Positions 11,719-27,548 of a stretch of 64,000 nt of DNA are shown here, piece by piece. The DNA comes from Dictyostelium discoideum. Its lineage: Eukaryota. The stretch lies in contig CM000154.2 of NCBI GenBank assembly GCA_000004695.1, forward strand, positions 1,312,001 through 1,376,000. Reading direction: 5' to 3'. Under the pieces are notes generated by a model. The model made no database searches. It was not told the origin of the DNA and saw nothing but the letters and a program-made list of their open reading frames with translations. The translations under genes were made by a program, and so were the position numbers. Positions within the stretch are counted from its first letter, which is position 1; every line of letters begins with the position of its first letter.

Positions 11719-13545
11719 TTTGCTATTATTATTTACAAGTTGTTCGGTTGTTGTTGTAGTTGTTATAGTAGTAGTTGTTGTAGTACTATTATTATTATTG
11801 TTGTTATTATTATTATTTGTTGTACCATTATGATTATTTATAAAATCAGAGATACTATATTGTTGAGTTTTAAAATCTTTATCATATGCAAATACTAAAC
11901 CAACACCACCTTCACCACCAAGGTGATCCCAAAACTTATCATCTTCATGACCTTGTCGAAGTTCGATAATATTGGTTGAATCATTTTCGTAGCGTTGAAA
12001 TCTTGAGATGGCAAGTTTGGCAGATTCCAAAAATAAGTCACCCAATTTACCAACACAGCCTTCACCACTCCAAATGTAGATACAATCGGTCACACGAAGT
12101 ATAAAACAACAACGTGCATCCAATGAAAGATAGGAAACGGTTTGAACTCTTTTTGGTACTATTAGTCCATCCAATAGTTGAACCATTCTATAGAGTAGTG
12201 GTTGCTCCTTCACAGAGGGATGTTGAAGATGTTTCAATAGAAATTTATTCCAATACATTAGTTGACCAGTGAAACCAGGATTTGGATTTGAAATGTATCT
12301 TCTCTTTTTGGTGAATTCGTGTGCCTGTTGAAAACTCCATTTATTGATCCACATTAGATAGAGTATAACGAATGCTGAGCTTCTTGAGATACCTTGATGA
12401 CAATGAATATAAACTTTACCATTGGTTTTGGTTGCATCTTGAATGAAATCTAAAATCTCATAGAATAAACAACTAATATCCTCTCCATTGCCATCACTAA
12501 TGAATAAAGTTTTATAAACGAAATGGTCTTGGAAATGATTCGGACAAACCATACCCGCACAATTTAGAATATGTGTTATACCTTCACCCTTTAACAATTG
12601 TAGGTTGGATGCTGGTATTCTACTACCTAAATAGAGTTCATCAACAATTCTATTCAATGTTGGTTCAAAAAATAATATTAACTCTTTTTGTGATAAATGT
12701 TGGAACTCTTCTTGACATTGATCAATTCTATGTGAGACACTTGGTGGTATCATTATATTATTATTATTATTATTATTATTGTGATAACTATTAAGATGAC
12801 TTAAATTTGGTGGTATGGTACCTCTAGGAGTTGATGGTGGAGTAATTCTTAAAGAATTTAAATCTGGTAATTTTAATGATTTCTTTACCCAATTTGTGTT
12901 ATTTGTAGTTGTAGTTGTGGTCGTGGTTGTTGATGATGAGGATGAAGATGTTGATGATGATGGTAATGGCATTGATGACATTGACATTTGCTTACCAAAG
13001 TTTAATGAGGGTACTACTTTTTTAGAAGCATTTGTTATTTGATTATTTGTTGAAGTTGTTGTGGTTGTTGTTGTTGTTGATGATGATACTCCATTACCAT
13101 TTGATTTAGTATTTGATAAATTTAATGAGAGTTTTGGAACCATTATTGGTTTAATTAATTTCTCTTGTTGTATTGGTTCTTGTGATGATGATGATGATGG
13201 TGGTGGTTGTTCTTGATGCTGTGTTATTGGCTGTTGTAAAGGTAAAGATAAGGATGGAATCTTACCTTTTGGAATTTGGATTTTTGGTATTATTGTTGTT
13301 GTTGTTGTGGTAGTTGTTGGTGGTGGGGATGATGTTACATTAATTGTTTTAGTTGGTGAATGTTGCGGTTGTGTTGATCCAGATTTAGAATCAGCTATTG
13401 GTATTGGTAAAAATAATGGGGATGGCGAAGACGATGATGATGAGGGTGATGTTGGTGGAGAGAATGAAAGTTTCTTTAATACTTCAAACAATGGTTTTGT
13501 ATTTATTGATGTATTATCACCATTAGTGATTGGCAGTGATGGTGG

Positions 13546-13625
<80 letters not shown>

Positions 13626-14039
13626 GGGATGGGGAAGGTGGTTGTGATGATTCTTTCTTTTTAACAGTATTGCTTTGGCTCTCATCTTTTTTATTTAAAT
13701 TGTTCAGGTTATTTGGATTGTTATTGTTATTATCATCACCACTACTATTATTATTATTATTATAATTATTACTATTACTAAAGTTAGAGTTATTACTATT
13801 AAAATTTCCATTATTATGATTATTTCCATTATTATTATTATTATTATTATTGTTTTGGTTATGATTATTGTTATTATTATTTTGGTTATTTTGACTATTG
13901 TTATCATTATTGCTATGATTATACTGATTGATTGTTTTTAAATTAACAAATATATTACTTATATTTAAAATAGTTGATGGTTGAGTTATAACCTGAACAG
14001 AAGATGGTATATTATTTCCATTATTAGTTATATTTTGAC

Positions 14040-14132
<93 letters not shown>

Positions 14133-14594
14133 CTTGATTATTATTACAAAAGGTATTAATATTAAAATTTGTCTTTAAAAATGTTGGTTGAAAATTATTT
14201 TTTATAAAATGTTTACAAAAATTGAAAAAATTTTTATTTGGTATTGAATCATCACCATCTTCACTTTGAAATTGAATTGAATTTTCAAAGGGTATTAATT
14301 CTCCATCAAATAAACTGAAATCATTATCAATAAAATAATTTGATATTGGCGAAAAATTTACAAAATTACTATTATTATTATTTATATTATTATTATTATT
14401 GTCAACTAAATAATCAATATTGTTATTACTATTAAGATTACTATTTACACCAATCCTCTTTTCAAATAATTTTTGTATAATTTGAGAGGAATTGTTTGGT
14501 AATTTCCAATATTTATTCGAGTCGTATGATGTAGTTTGAGTGTTGTTATTATTAATATTATTATTATTGTTATTATTATTGTTATTATTATTAA

Positions 14595-14691
<97 letters not shown>

Positions 14692-15096
14692 ATTATGATT
14701 ATTAATATTAATATTAATATTATTATGATTATTAATATTAATATTAATATTATTATTATTATTATTATTATTAGTGATAGCAGCGGTTGTTAATGATGAA
14801 AAAGATGATTCTGAAATGGTTTGTGGTTGTAATGATGATGAAGCTGCTGATGATGATGAAAAAGATGCAGAAGATGATGAGGATAATGATGTAGTTGATG
14901 AAGATGAAGATGTTGGTGATAATAAAGGTGATGATGAAGAAGAAGATGATGGCGACTGTTTTACAGCAAGACTCTCACTAAACTTTAGTGCTTTTGAAAA
15001 TTCAAGTGCTTTTGATAAACAAAATGCACGTGATAATGAATCTGAATTTTTACCATTCCATGTATATAAATCATGTAATAGCTTGCAATTTAATAA

Positions 15097-15130
<34 letters not shown>

Positions 15131-15686
15131 ATTAATACTTTATTTATAATAATAAAATAAAATAAAATAAAATAAAATAAAATAAAATAAAATAAAATAA
15201 ATACCTTATTATTTGAATCAAAATAAGAAAATAATGGATCATGTGATAAAATATTATTTAAACTTCTAGGTGATGATATATATGATTTATTAACATTATT
15301 TTGATTTGAATTAAAAACATGTAAAATTATATAACATTCCGATTGATTATAATTTTTATAATGAAGTAAATCTACAGATTGAAATTGTATTATTGAATCA
15401 CTATTTTGATCCACTAAAACCTTCCAAATAAATAAATAAGACCCAAATATTTCGGCTATTGGTGTTGATGTTGGTGTAACTAAATTACTATAACTACTAC
15501 CACCTCCATTACTATTACTATTACTATTACTACTAATATTACTATTATTATTATTATTATTATTAATATTATTATTATTATTATTATTATTTATATTATT
15601 AAAAAGGTGATGATGATGAATATTATGATTTATTATGGTTGTTGGTATTGAAACTACAAGTGGACTATTTTTACATTTATTTTTAT

Positions 15687-15718
<32 letters not shown>

Positions 15719-15954
15719 CAACTACTACTAACACTATTATTACTACTGTTACTGCTACTGCTATTACTATTATTACAATTATTAATTGTTGTCGTTGTAG
15801 TTGTAGTCGTTGTTGTTATTGTATTTTTAAGTTTTGTATTGGTTGTATTTAAATTTGGTGTTATTGTTGAATTTTGAAAAGATTTAAGGTCATGTACTTT
15901 AAATAAATCATCTAATTGAGGTGGGGAAACACTAACTCCAATTGTATTACCCAT
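11200..15954 (-). CDS. Large low-complexity protein with a dual-specificity phosphatase domain followed by two gelsolin-like repeats. The N-terminal about 1000 aa is poly-N/S/T/Q, including Q34
   Basis: Single 1584-codon ORF. The DSP signature VYIHCHQGISRSSAFVILYLM has its catalytic Cys near 12395. Gelsolin-like segments are DARCCFILRVTDCIYIWSGEGCVGKLGDLFLESAKLAISRF... and FDCEDLADDGLFILISKYDRILYVWIGKDIN. The start MGNTIG is a possible N-myristoylation site. Confidence 0.75.
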
Positions 15955-16020
15955 TTTTTTTTTTTTTTAATTGTATTTACTTTTATAAACTTCAACTTTT
16001 ATTTATTTAATTATTCAATT

Positions 16021-16165
<145 letters not shown>

Positions 16166-16231
16166 GTGAGTGTGGTGTAATAACTAAATAAATAATTAAT
16201 TAAAAAAAAATAAATAAAAATTTTTTTTTAA

Positions 16232-16274
<43 letters not shown>

Positions 16275-16721
16275 AAAATTTAGATGATTTTTTGATGGTT
16301 GTTTTTTGTTCTATATTTATAAATATTTCGGTTCCTTTTTATAAGAAAAAAAAAAGGTGTGTTTATGTAGGTTTTTTAATTCTTTTTTTATTTCTTTATA
16401 AAACCTTTTTCTCTCTCTTTTGGATATTATATATAAATAGTATATATAATAATATATTATGAAAGATAATAAGTTTCTGTATTTAAATCACCATAACTAA
16501 TTCGTATTTTTTTATTTTTATTTTTTTTTTTGTTTATTTTATTTTGTTTTATTTATTTTATTTTATTTTTTTTTTTTTGTTTATTTTTATAAGAATAATT
16601 ATAAATATGTTATTATAAATTCGATGTGTGTGAGTGTGTGTGTGTGGAAAATTATTTTTATATTGATTATAAAAATAGAAAATTAAAAATTATATATATA
16701 GTAAAAATAAATAAATAGATA

Positions 16722-16752
<31 letters not shown>

Positions 16753-17696
16753 GATAATTTATAAAAAAAAAAAAAAGGGACAATTACACGAATTTATTTA
16801 ATTTATTTAATATGTCATAAAATAAATAAAAAAAAAAAAAAAAAAAAAAAATTAAAAAAAATTAAAAAAAAAATAAAAAAATAAAAAAAAAAATTAAAAA
16901 AAAAATTTTCAAATTAAAAAAAAAAAAATAAAATTAAAAATAAAAATAATGAGATATAAAAAAAAAAAAAAAAAAAAAAAACCCAATTTTTGAATCAAAA
17001 ATTAGTTTTTTTTTTTTTTTTTATTGAGTTATTGATTTAAATTTGAGTGTGAATTTTGTGTGTGTGTTTTTATGTGTTTTTGGAAAGTTGTGGCATGATT
17101 TATCATTTGATCAAATCAAAATTTTCAATTTTTTTTTTTTAATTTTTTTTGTAATATTTATAATTTTAAAAAGCCACCTCAATTTAAAAAACTTCTTTGT
17201 AAAAAAAAAAGTTTTCTCTCTCTTAAAATTATTTTTTATTTTTTTTCTTTTATTTTTTATTTTTTTTTGCAGATTTAAAAAATCACACTTTATTGGATAT
17301 TTTAAAACCTGATTTCGTAAAACAGCCAATCCACAATAAAATTTCTCCATATTCCAATAACAGATTTATCTCACAAAAAAAAAAAATAAAAAATAAAAAA
17401 TAAAAAATAAAAAAAAAAAAAATTAAAAAAAATTAAAAAAAAATTAAAAAAAATTAAAAAAAAATAAATAAAAAAAAAAAAATATCTTTTTGACAAAGGA
17501 GGAATAATAAAATAATTTAAAAATAGACTTTTTAGTTTTTTTTTTTTTTTAATTTTACAAAACATTCTCAAAATTGTTTCATTAGGAATTGATTTTTTTT
17601 TTTTTTTTAATTTTTTTTTTTGGTTTCCATAAAAGGTAATTCAGGAAAAGTAGCAGTTCCAATGCTTTTTTTTTATTAATTTTTTTTTTTTTTTTT

Positions 17697-18099
17697 CTAA
17701 AGAGTATCTTCGGCATCAGTAAAATATTCATCACTATCACTACTACTGCCGTCTATTTCACTAATGCTGATGAAAATTGAATCTTTGGAAACATTTGTAT
17801 CATTGTTGGTTTGAGATTCACATGTATCAATATCTTGATACTCATAATTTGATTCTAATGTTGAGTTTGTTTTTGATTTAAAAGAAACTTTTGAGGATGG
17901 TTTATTTTCTGGTTCTGATGAAATATCTGGTTCTGATAAATCTGATTCATCTGAGGAAGGTTCTATACCAGACTCAAAAGAAGAGCTCAAGCTCGATTCT
18001 GAATCAGAGTCAGAGTTCTGGTTTGATTCAGAATCAGAGTTCTGGTCTGAATCAGAGTCAGAGTTCTGGCCTGATACAGAGTTCTGGGCTGGGCACTCC

Positions 18100-18155
<56 letters not shown>

Positions 18156-19702
18156 AAGGGTGTGGTCATTATGATAATTATTATTATTATTATTATCATC
18201 ATCACCATCATCAACATCATCATCATCATCATCATCTTCTTCTTCTTCTTCTTCATTATCATCATCATCATAATTGTCCTCATCATCATAGTCGTCTTCA
18301 TCGTAATTATCGTCACCATTATTATTATCATCAAGGTTATATTGTATTTTTGGATGGTTCGATTTGATATGTTTTAAAAGGTAATCATTTCTTTTAAAGC
18401 TAGAATCACATATTTCACAACTGAATCTAGTGATTGTGTCAATTGATTTCTTGTGAAACTTTCTGATATGTTTGGTAAGATTGCTTTGAGTCGAAAAGAT
18501 TTTGTTACAATGTTTACATTCTTTTTTTTTTTTCAACTCATTCTCAATTTTACTGATTTCTTCACCATTAATATCAGTTTTTTTATCTTTATGAATCGCT
18601 TTAATATGTCTTATTAAATTATATCTTTTAGTAGAGTAATATGAATTACATAAGCCACATTTAAATTTTGGTTTTGGGTTATGTCCTTTTTCCATTTGGC
18701 AATTCGTACTACAATCATAGTGAGAAGAATTTTCATGTCTTAAAACGTGGTCTTTTGAATTATTAGTGAATTTGGAACCATTTGCACCCTTTAAACAAAT
18801 TTCATGTCTACACTCTTTTGTAGCCTCCATTTTTAAGGTTGAATTTTTGGTAGGAGTTTTACTTTTAATATTTTGAATTTTATTTTCTTTGTTCTGTATT
18901 TCTTTTTCTGTTTTCTTTTTTCTTTCGTTTTCTTTTTTTCTTTCGTTTTCTTTTTTTCTTTCGTTTTCTTTTTTTCTTTCGTTTCCATTTTCATTTTCAT
19001 TTTCTTTTTCTTTTTCATTTTCGTTTTCATTTTCATTTTCATTTCCTTTTTCATTTTCATTTTCATTTTCATTTTCATTTCCTTTTTCTTTTTCTTTTTC
19101 ATTTATTGGTTCAATACCACTATATCCATTGTGATCATCTCTATTATTGCTATGATTAAAATCGTTATAATCATTACTGTTATCACCACTAGAATTAAAA
19201 TCGCTGGTGGTATAGTCACTAGTCTTATTACTATCATTATCAGAATTCTTCATTCCATTATCATTTGCTATTGGTAGAGATGCAGTTGATGGGGTTTTAG
19301 CAGAAGTTGTAGTTTTTGTTTTGGATGGATCTATATTACCTGTTTGATGTTGTGCAGTTTTTTTGGGTGATTCTAAATATAAAGGTTGGTTTGTTTCCAA
19401 AGATTGATCTATTGAATTTGGTGTTTGTTGATCATTTGGTTCTAATGATTGATTTAAGGTTGATTTTTGGTGTGCTGTTTTTGATTTTAAATGTTGTTCT
19501 GTATATTTTGGTTTTGAGTCAGATGGAAGTGGTTTTTGTAATTGTTTATTGATGATTGAGTTTTGTAGTTGCTCTTTTGGTGGAGGTTTCTCAAGGGTTT
19601 TTAATCTAAATGGTGAGGTGGTTATTGAAGATATTGATTCAAAAGTTTTCGAAAGCAATGATTTTATGTTCTTTCTTTCATTTTCATTATTGTAATTAAT
19701 AG

Positions 19703-19736
<34 letters not shown>

Positions 19737-20090
19737 ACTTTCTTTATTATTTTTATTAATTGCAACATCTTTTTTTTTATTTTCACTTGAATCTTTAATT
19801 TGGATTCTAGCATTTTCATTGTTTTCATCGTCTTTGTCATTTTCATTTTCACCCCCATCATCATCCATTAATAAAGCATTTGTGATTTTATTAATTGTAT
19901 GCTTTTTGTTTGGTAAACTGAGTTCATCTGGTTCTGAATCTGAACCCCAAGGATCTTTTCTTTTATTTGTGAGGGGTTGTCTTTTTTTTGTAAGTGTTTT
20001 TTTAATTTCATTTTTTTCAATTCCCCCGCTATTGTCCCTTTTAAAAAATGAAAATAATATCGATGAGCTTGAAGTTGTTGTATTACTCAT
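17697..20090 (-). CDS. C2H2 zinc-finger protein with acidic, poly-N and (ENENEK)n low-complexity regions
   Basis: At least three canonical C2H2 fingers: KCGLCNSYYSTKRYNLIRHIKAIH, KHCNKIFSTQSNLTKHIRKFH and FSCEICDSSFKRNDYLLKHIKSNH. The chosen start is MSNTTTSSSS at 20088-20090; the track ORF extends 30 codons further 5' through AT-rich UTR-like sequence. Confidence 0.7.
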
Positions 20091-20292
20091 TTTTATTTTA
20101 TTTTGTTTGAAATACTCTTGATATATGTTTATCAAATAAATAATGAAAAAAAAATTTTTTAAAAAAAAAAAATGAGACAAATTCGGCTCTTTAAGAATAA
20201 AAAAAAAAAAAATTTTTAAAAAAAAAAAATAATCTTTGCAATTTTAGTCAATTTACAAATTTTACCGCCTATTTTTTTTTTTTTTTTTTTCT

Positions 20293-20417
20293 CAATTTAA
20301 AAATGAACAATAATACACACACAGAACCCAACAATGACATTGATAATGAAATAGATAATGATAATATAAGTCAATATATTGAAAATGAATTGGATAGACA
20401 TATACAAAATATGAAAC
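20293..20417 (+). CDS. Hypothetical protein, exon 1 (MNNNTHTEPNNDIDNEIDNDNISQYIENELDRHIQNMKPLL)
   Basis: ATG at 20293 and donor GTAAGT at 20418, ending in phase 2. Confidence 0.5.
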
Positions 20418-20539
20418 CATTATTAAAGTAAGTAGCTATGTTTTGGAATCTTTATTAATTTTAATTTTCATTTTGATTTTTCAATATTAATTTAACTAAT
20501 ATTATTATTATTATTATTATTATTATTTTTATAAAATAG

Positions 20540-20705
20540 TGAATCAAATATTTCAAAACTACTTGAAAATTCAGAAGATATTAAAATTGATAAAAATACA
20601 GTTAGCTTTTTAAATAATGTTACAATTAAATTCACAAGAATTTTAATGATGGAGATTATTGAATCAAAATTTTTTGAAAAGTATAGAAATAATTATAGTT
20701 ATAGA
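20540..20705 (+). CDS. Hypothetical protein, exon 2
   Basis: Acceptor 'aaaatag' at 20539. NESNISKLLENSEDIKIDKNTVSFLNNVTIKFTRILMMEIIESKFFEKYRNNYSYR is in phase with exon 1. Donor is the non-consensus GTAACT at 20706. Confidence 0.4.
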
Positions 20706-20799
20706 GTAACTATTTTTTTTTTTTTTTATTCTCTCTATTTTAAAATAACAAAAATACTAATTAGATATCTTTTTTTTTTTTTTAATATTATAATTATAG

Positions 20800-21472
<673 letters not shown>

Positions 21473-21498
21473 TTAATTGGGTGTGGTTTAAATAATAT

Positions 21499-21635
21499 TT
21501 ATTCGTAAATTGTGTCAACGGGTTTAGAAACAGAATTATTTTCATTTTTCTTCTTAAGTTTATCTGCTTCAATTATTTTTCTAATATCATCTTCACTAAG
21601 ATTTTCCAATTCTTCCAATGATTTCTTTGCCAATT
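21499..21635 (-). CDS. Small single-pass membrane protein (possibly mitochondrial), exon 2 of 2
   Basis: QLAKKSLEELENLSEDDIRKIIEADKLKKKNENNSVSKPVDTIYE*. Acceptor 'cccatag' is in phase with the upstream exon via donor GTAACT. Confidence 0.45.
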
Positions 21636-21768
21636 CTATGGGATAATAAAAATAAAAATAAAAATAATAAAAATAATAATAATAAAAAAAAAGAAAGTTT
21701 TCGTTAATAATATGAAAACAAAGATAATAATAATAATAATGATAATAATAATAATAATTAATAGTTAC

Positions 21769-22171
21769 GTAGTCTTTGATATTTCAAATACCAAATATAA
21801 TATAATATAGATAAACAAGCTATAGCAAGTAACATTGTAAAATAAATAATAAATGCTTCTTTTTTTGATTTTACAACAATTGGACCTCTTCCTGAACTTA
21901 ATGGTGGTGGAGGCTGTTTAAATGAACTATAAAATCTATTATTTTTAATATTAAATTGTTTTATTGTTGTTGTATTGATATTATTATAATTATTTTCAAA
22001 TAAAGATATTCTACTATTGTTTATGAATGATGAACTGTTTTTTTCATTCATTATTAAATTATTTGATGATTTTGTAAAAATTGAACGATTAATTGTGATT
22101 CCATTTATAAAAGGTGTGGAAGACTTTTGTATTTGTATATTCTTTAAAATGTTTAAACTATTTTTTATCAT
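21769..22171 (-). CDS. Small single-pass membrane protein, exon 1 (S/N/K-rich presequence-like N-terminus, then TM helix EAFIIYFTMLLAIACLSILYYIWYL)
   Basis: Track ORF 21758..22171. Donor GTAACT at 21763-21768 (minus strand), ending in phase 1. Confidence 0.45.
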
Positions 22172-22322
22172 TTTTTATTCCTTTATTTCTTTATTTCTTT
22201 ATTTCTTTATTTTGAAAATGAAAATTAAAAAAAAAAAAAAAAGAAAAAAAAAAAGTTTTTTTTTTTTTTTTTTTTCGTTGTGTTTTTCGTTATGTTTTTT
22301 TTTTTTTTTTTTAAACACATTA

Positions 22323-24548
<2,226 letters not shown>

Positions 24549-24626
24549 AAAAAAAAAATCAAAATCTAAAATTTAAATAAAATAAAACATAATAACTTAA
24601 ATCAATTTTTTTATTTTTTTATTTAT

Positions 24627-26072
24627 TTATTTATTTGTTAAATTATTAATAAATGAATTATGATTATTTGATCTTGACCAAACTTTAATGGTTTGATCAT
24701 CAGAAGCTGAACAAAATATAAAAGGATTACAAGGTGACCAACAAACAGTATTAACGGTACCACTATGACGAGATAGAGTTTCCAATAGGATACCACTTGA
24801 ACGATGCCAAATATAGATTGTTGAATCTTCAGAACCACTTAATACAAAAGCTTGATCGACACCACCAAAACAAGAACGAATTACAAAACGACCTTGTTTA
24901 TGACCTCTATATTTTTGAACGATAATTTGTTTCTCTAAATCCCAAAGATGAATTTCTTGATTCGATGTATTAACCAATGCAAAATTACAATCATTTGATA
25001 GTTCCATTGAGGTTATTGCATCGGTTTCCATTAAAACAACCTCTGGTGTTTTTTCATTCTCTAAATCGTAGATTCTTAATTTCTTCTCTTGACATATTAT
25101 AATTAATTGTTTACCATCTTTATGAATTGATAAATCATTTACTCTTGCACATGCCCATGATTTAATTGGTGAAATATTATTATTATTATTACCATTATTA
25201 TTACTACCATTAATACTATTACCATTTATATTACTATTATTATTATTGTGATTATTATTATTATTATTACTGTTCGTTAAATCTAAATTTTCAATTGACC
25301 ATAAATAAATATTTTTATCATTACCACCTGAAACAAATCTTTTATTATCAGGATGCCAACCACAACAAGTTACAGCGTCGGAATGTTTTGTAAAAGTTTT
25401 TAGTAAAGTACCATCATTTGTGTTCCAAAGTTTAACGGTACTATCGTTTGAAGCACTTAGGAGATATTTATCATTTGGACTCCAAGATAAATGAGAGACC
25501 TCTTTAGTATGACCTAATAAAATGAACATAACCTTTGGTTCAGTAGGTTGATCCAAATAGATGGTTGACATATCCCAAATGATGATTGTATTATCCTTTG
25601 AGCTACTTGCTAATCTTTGACCATCATGAGAGAATGTAATGAACCAAATCTCATCACGATGTTTATCTTTTAATGTGAATAGAACGTCTAATGGCATTTG
25701 ACTCTTATCACATGTATGATCTTTAAATAGATTAATAAATTGCTCGGATGTATTGTGATAAAGACATTTACCCATTTGATATTGAATCGATTGTTTAATC
25801 AATTGTTCTAAACGATTCTCTGGTAACATTATATTTGGATTCACATATTTTCTAATATCATCCAATAGGTTTACACGTGATGATCTCTGTTTGATTTGTT
25901 TCTTTGTTTCACTTGAATTCGATGTCATTATCAATGATGTTAATACCTGTAATCTACTCGTATCCTTTGTATAAGGTGTTATCTCTAATCTTAAACATTC
26001 TAATGCTTCTTTTATTTTATGATTTTCTAAATATTCTAAAAATTTTTGACTATATACTAAAAATTTTACATT
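24627..26072 (-). CDS. WDR26/GID7-like LisH-CTLH-WD40 protein, exon 3 of 3 (CTLH domain plus seven WD40 repeats)
   Basis: NVKFLVYSQKFLEYLENHKIKEALECLRLEITPYTKDTSRLQVL...CLYHNT...WD repeats matches human WDR26 ([35 protein letters not shown]). Acceptor AG is the complement of 26073-26074. Confidence 0.8.
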   Translation of the reverse strand, partial: NVKFLVYSQKFLEYLENHKIKEALECLRLEITPYTKDTSRLQVLTSLIMTSNSSETKKQIKQRSSRVNLLDDIRKYVNPNIMLPENRLEQLIKQSIQYQMGKCLYHNTSEQFINLFKDHTCDKSQMPLDVLFTLKDKHRDEIWFITFSHDGQRLASSSKDNTIIIWDMSTIYLDQPTEPKVMFILLGHTKEVSHLSWSPNDKYLLSASNDSTVKLWNTNDGTLLKTFTKHSDAVTCCGWHPDNKRFVSGGNDKNIYLWSIENLDLTNSNNNNNNHNNNNSNINGNSINGSNNNGNNNNNISPIKSWACARVNDLSIHKDGKQLIIICQEKKLRIYDLENEKTPEVVLMETDAITSMELSNDCNFALVNTSNQEIHLWDLEKQIIVQKYRGHKQGRFVIRSCFGGVDQAFVLSGSEDSTIYIWHRSSGILLETLSRHSGTVNTVCWSPCNPFIFCSASDDQTIKVWSRSNNHNSFINNLTNK

Positions 26073-26148
26073 CTTTTTTTTTAAATTTAAAAAAAAAAAA
26101 ATAAAAAAATAAAAAATAAAAAAATATATATATATTAGTTTTTTATTA

Positions 26149-26233
<85 letters not shown>

Positions 26234-26252
26234 ATCAATATTCAATTATTAC

Positions 26253-26400
26253 ATTTGTGTCAAATTCATTTAATTTTAAAAATGGTAATAATTCCTCAAC
26301 TTTATTCCAATCACCACTAACTACACATTCTGAAAATTGATTAATTTCTTTTGATTGTAATGATATTCCACTATCTTTTTCTAAAAATTCTGCTGATTTA
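26253..26400 (-). CDS. WDR26-like, exon 2 of 3 (second half of LisH)
   Basis: DKSAEFLEKDSGISLQSKEINQFSECVVSGDWNKVEELLPFLKLNEFDTN aligns with WDR26 [39 protein letters not shown]. Donor GTAATA; the 180-nt intron carries an (ATT)n microsatellite. Confidence 0.65.
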
Positions 26401-26519
26401 CTTTTTTTTTTTTTTTTATTATTATTTTTTTAATTTTTGTAAAGATTTGAGAAAAAAAAAAAAAAAAAATTAATAATTTTGATTTGAAAAATTAAAAATA
26501 AAAACAATTAAACCCTTAC

Positions 26520-26932
26520 TCATAACCTAAACTATTTAATGATTGTATTAAAAGTCTAACTAATTCACTTCTATTAAAGAATGGTTCTTTATTATTATGA
26601 TTATCTTGAATTTTTAAATCTTCATCATTATTATTATTATTATTTACTTCTTTTCCATTCTCATTTAATTGTACTTTATTATCTAGAGGCATATTGAATT
26701 TTATATTTAATCTTTGTTTTTTATGTGGTCTATCTGATATTGGATGATTAGTTTCTTCTTCTTCTTCTTCTTCACCTTGTTGTTCTTCAACTCGCTGTTC
26801 TACTCTATCTTCAATATTGTTATTTACAATGGCGCTATTATTATTATTACTAATATTATCTATATTATTATTATTATTATTTTGTTCGCTATTCAAATTT
26901 GATAGAGGTGAATTTAACACCCTCCCACCCAA
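26520..26932 (-). CDS. WDR26-like, exon 1 of 3 (N/E-rich N-terminus, then start of LisH FNRSELVRLLIQSLNSLGY)
   Basis: Track ORF 26516..26932. Donor GTAAGG leaves phase 2, giving ...LGY|DKSAEF across the junction. Confidence 0.65.
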
Positions 26933-27548
26933 ACTAGAATTATTATTTTGATCCGTTATGATTGTAATTTTGAATTGATCACTCCTATCTCTCTCTCTCT
27001 TTTTTTTTAATACTATACTATTTATTATTATTTTTTATTTTTATTAAATATGATATCAATAAGGAACTAATACACAACAATGAATTATTCCTTATCTTTT
27101 CCAATTTATAAAAATAACAATGATAATATAATATTATTAAAAAAAAAAAAAAAAAAAGAATTAAATGTGAAATTTGATTTAATAAAATTGAATTTTAATT
27201 TATTTTTTTATTATTTTATTTTTTTTTATTGTATCTTGTTTTATTTGTTTGTTTTATAAAAAAAAAAAAATAAAAAAAAAATAAAAAAATAAAAAAATAA
27301 AATTTTAAATTAAAAAAAAAAAAAAAAATTTTAAATTAAAAAAAAAAAAAAAAATATAAAAAACAAAAAAAAATAAAAAAAAAAAAAAACTTTTATTGAC
27401 TCTAGATTTAAACTTTTTTTTTATTTTTTTAAAAAATAATTAATAAATAAATTAAAATTTAAAAAGTGAATATATAAAAAATTAAAATTTATTATATTTA
27501 TTTTTAAAAAAAAAAAAATAGAAAATAATAATTAAATATTATTATTAT

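Noticed and set aside
13307-14793. Plus-strand ORFs (poly-C, poly-I, D/E-rich) opposite the phosphatase gene, and 35648..38876 ORFs opposite the SWI3-like gene
   Set aside because: They are antisense readings of (CAA)n, (AAT)n and (GAA)n coding microsatellites. The composition is homopolymeric, with no starts in context.
22017-22322. The first 100 codons of the 843-aa plus-strand track ORF
   Set aside because: They are a poly-F/K low-complexity reading of the divergent promoter and 5' region (A14, T20 runs) and overlap the minus-strand gene's exon. The real start is presumably near 22323 or in an unseen short upstream exon.
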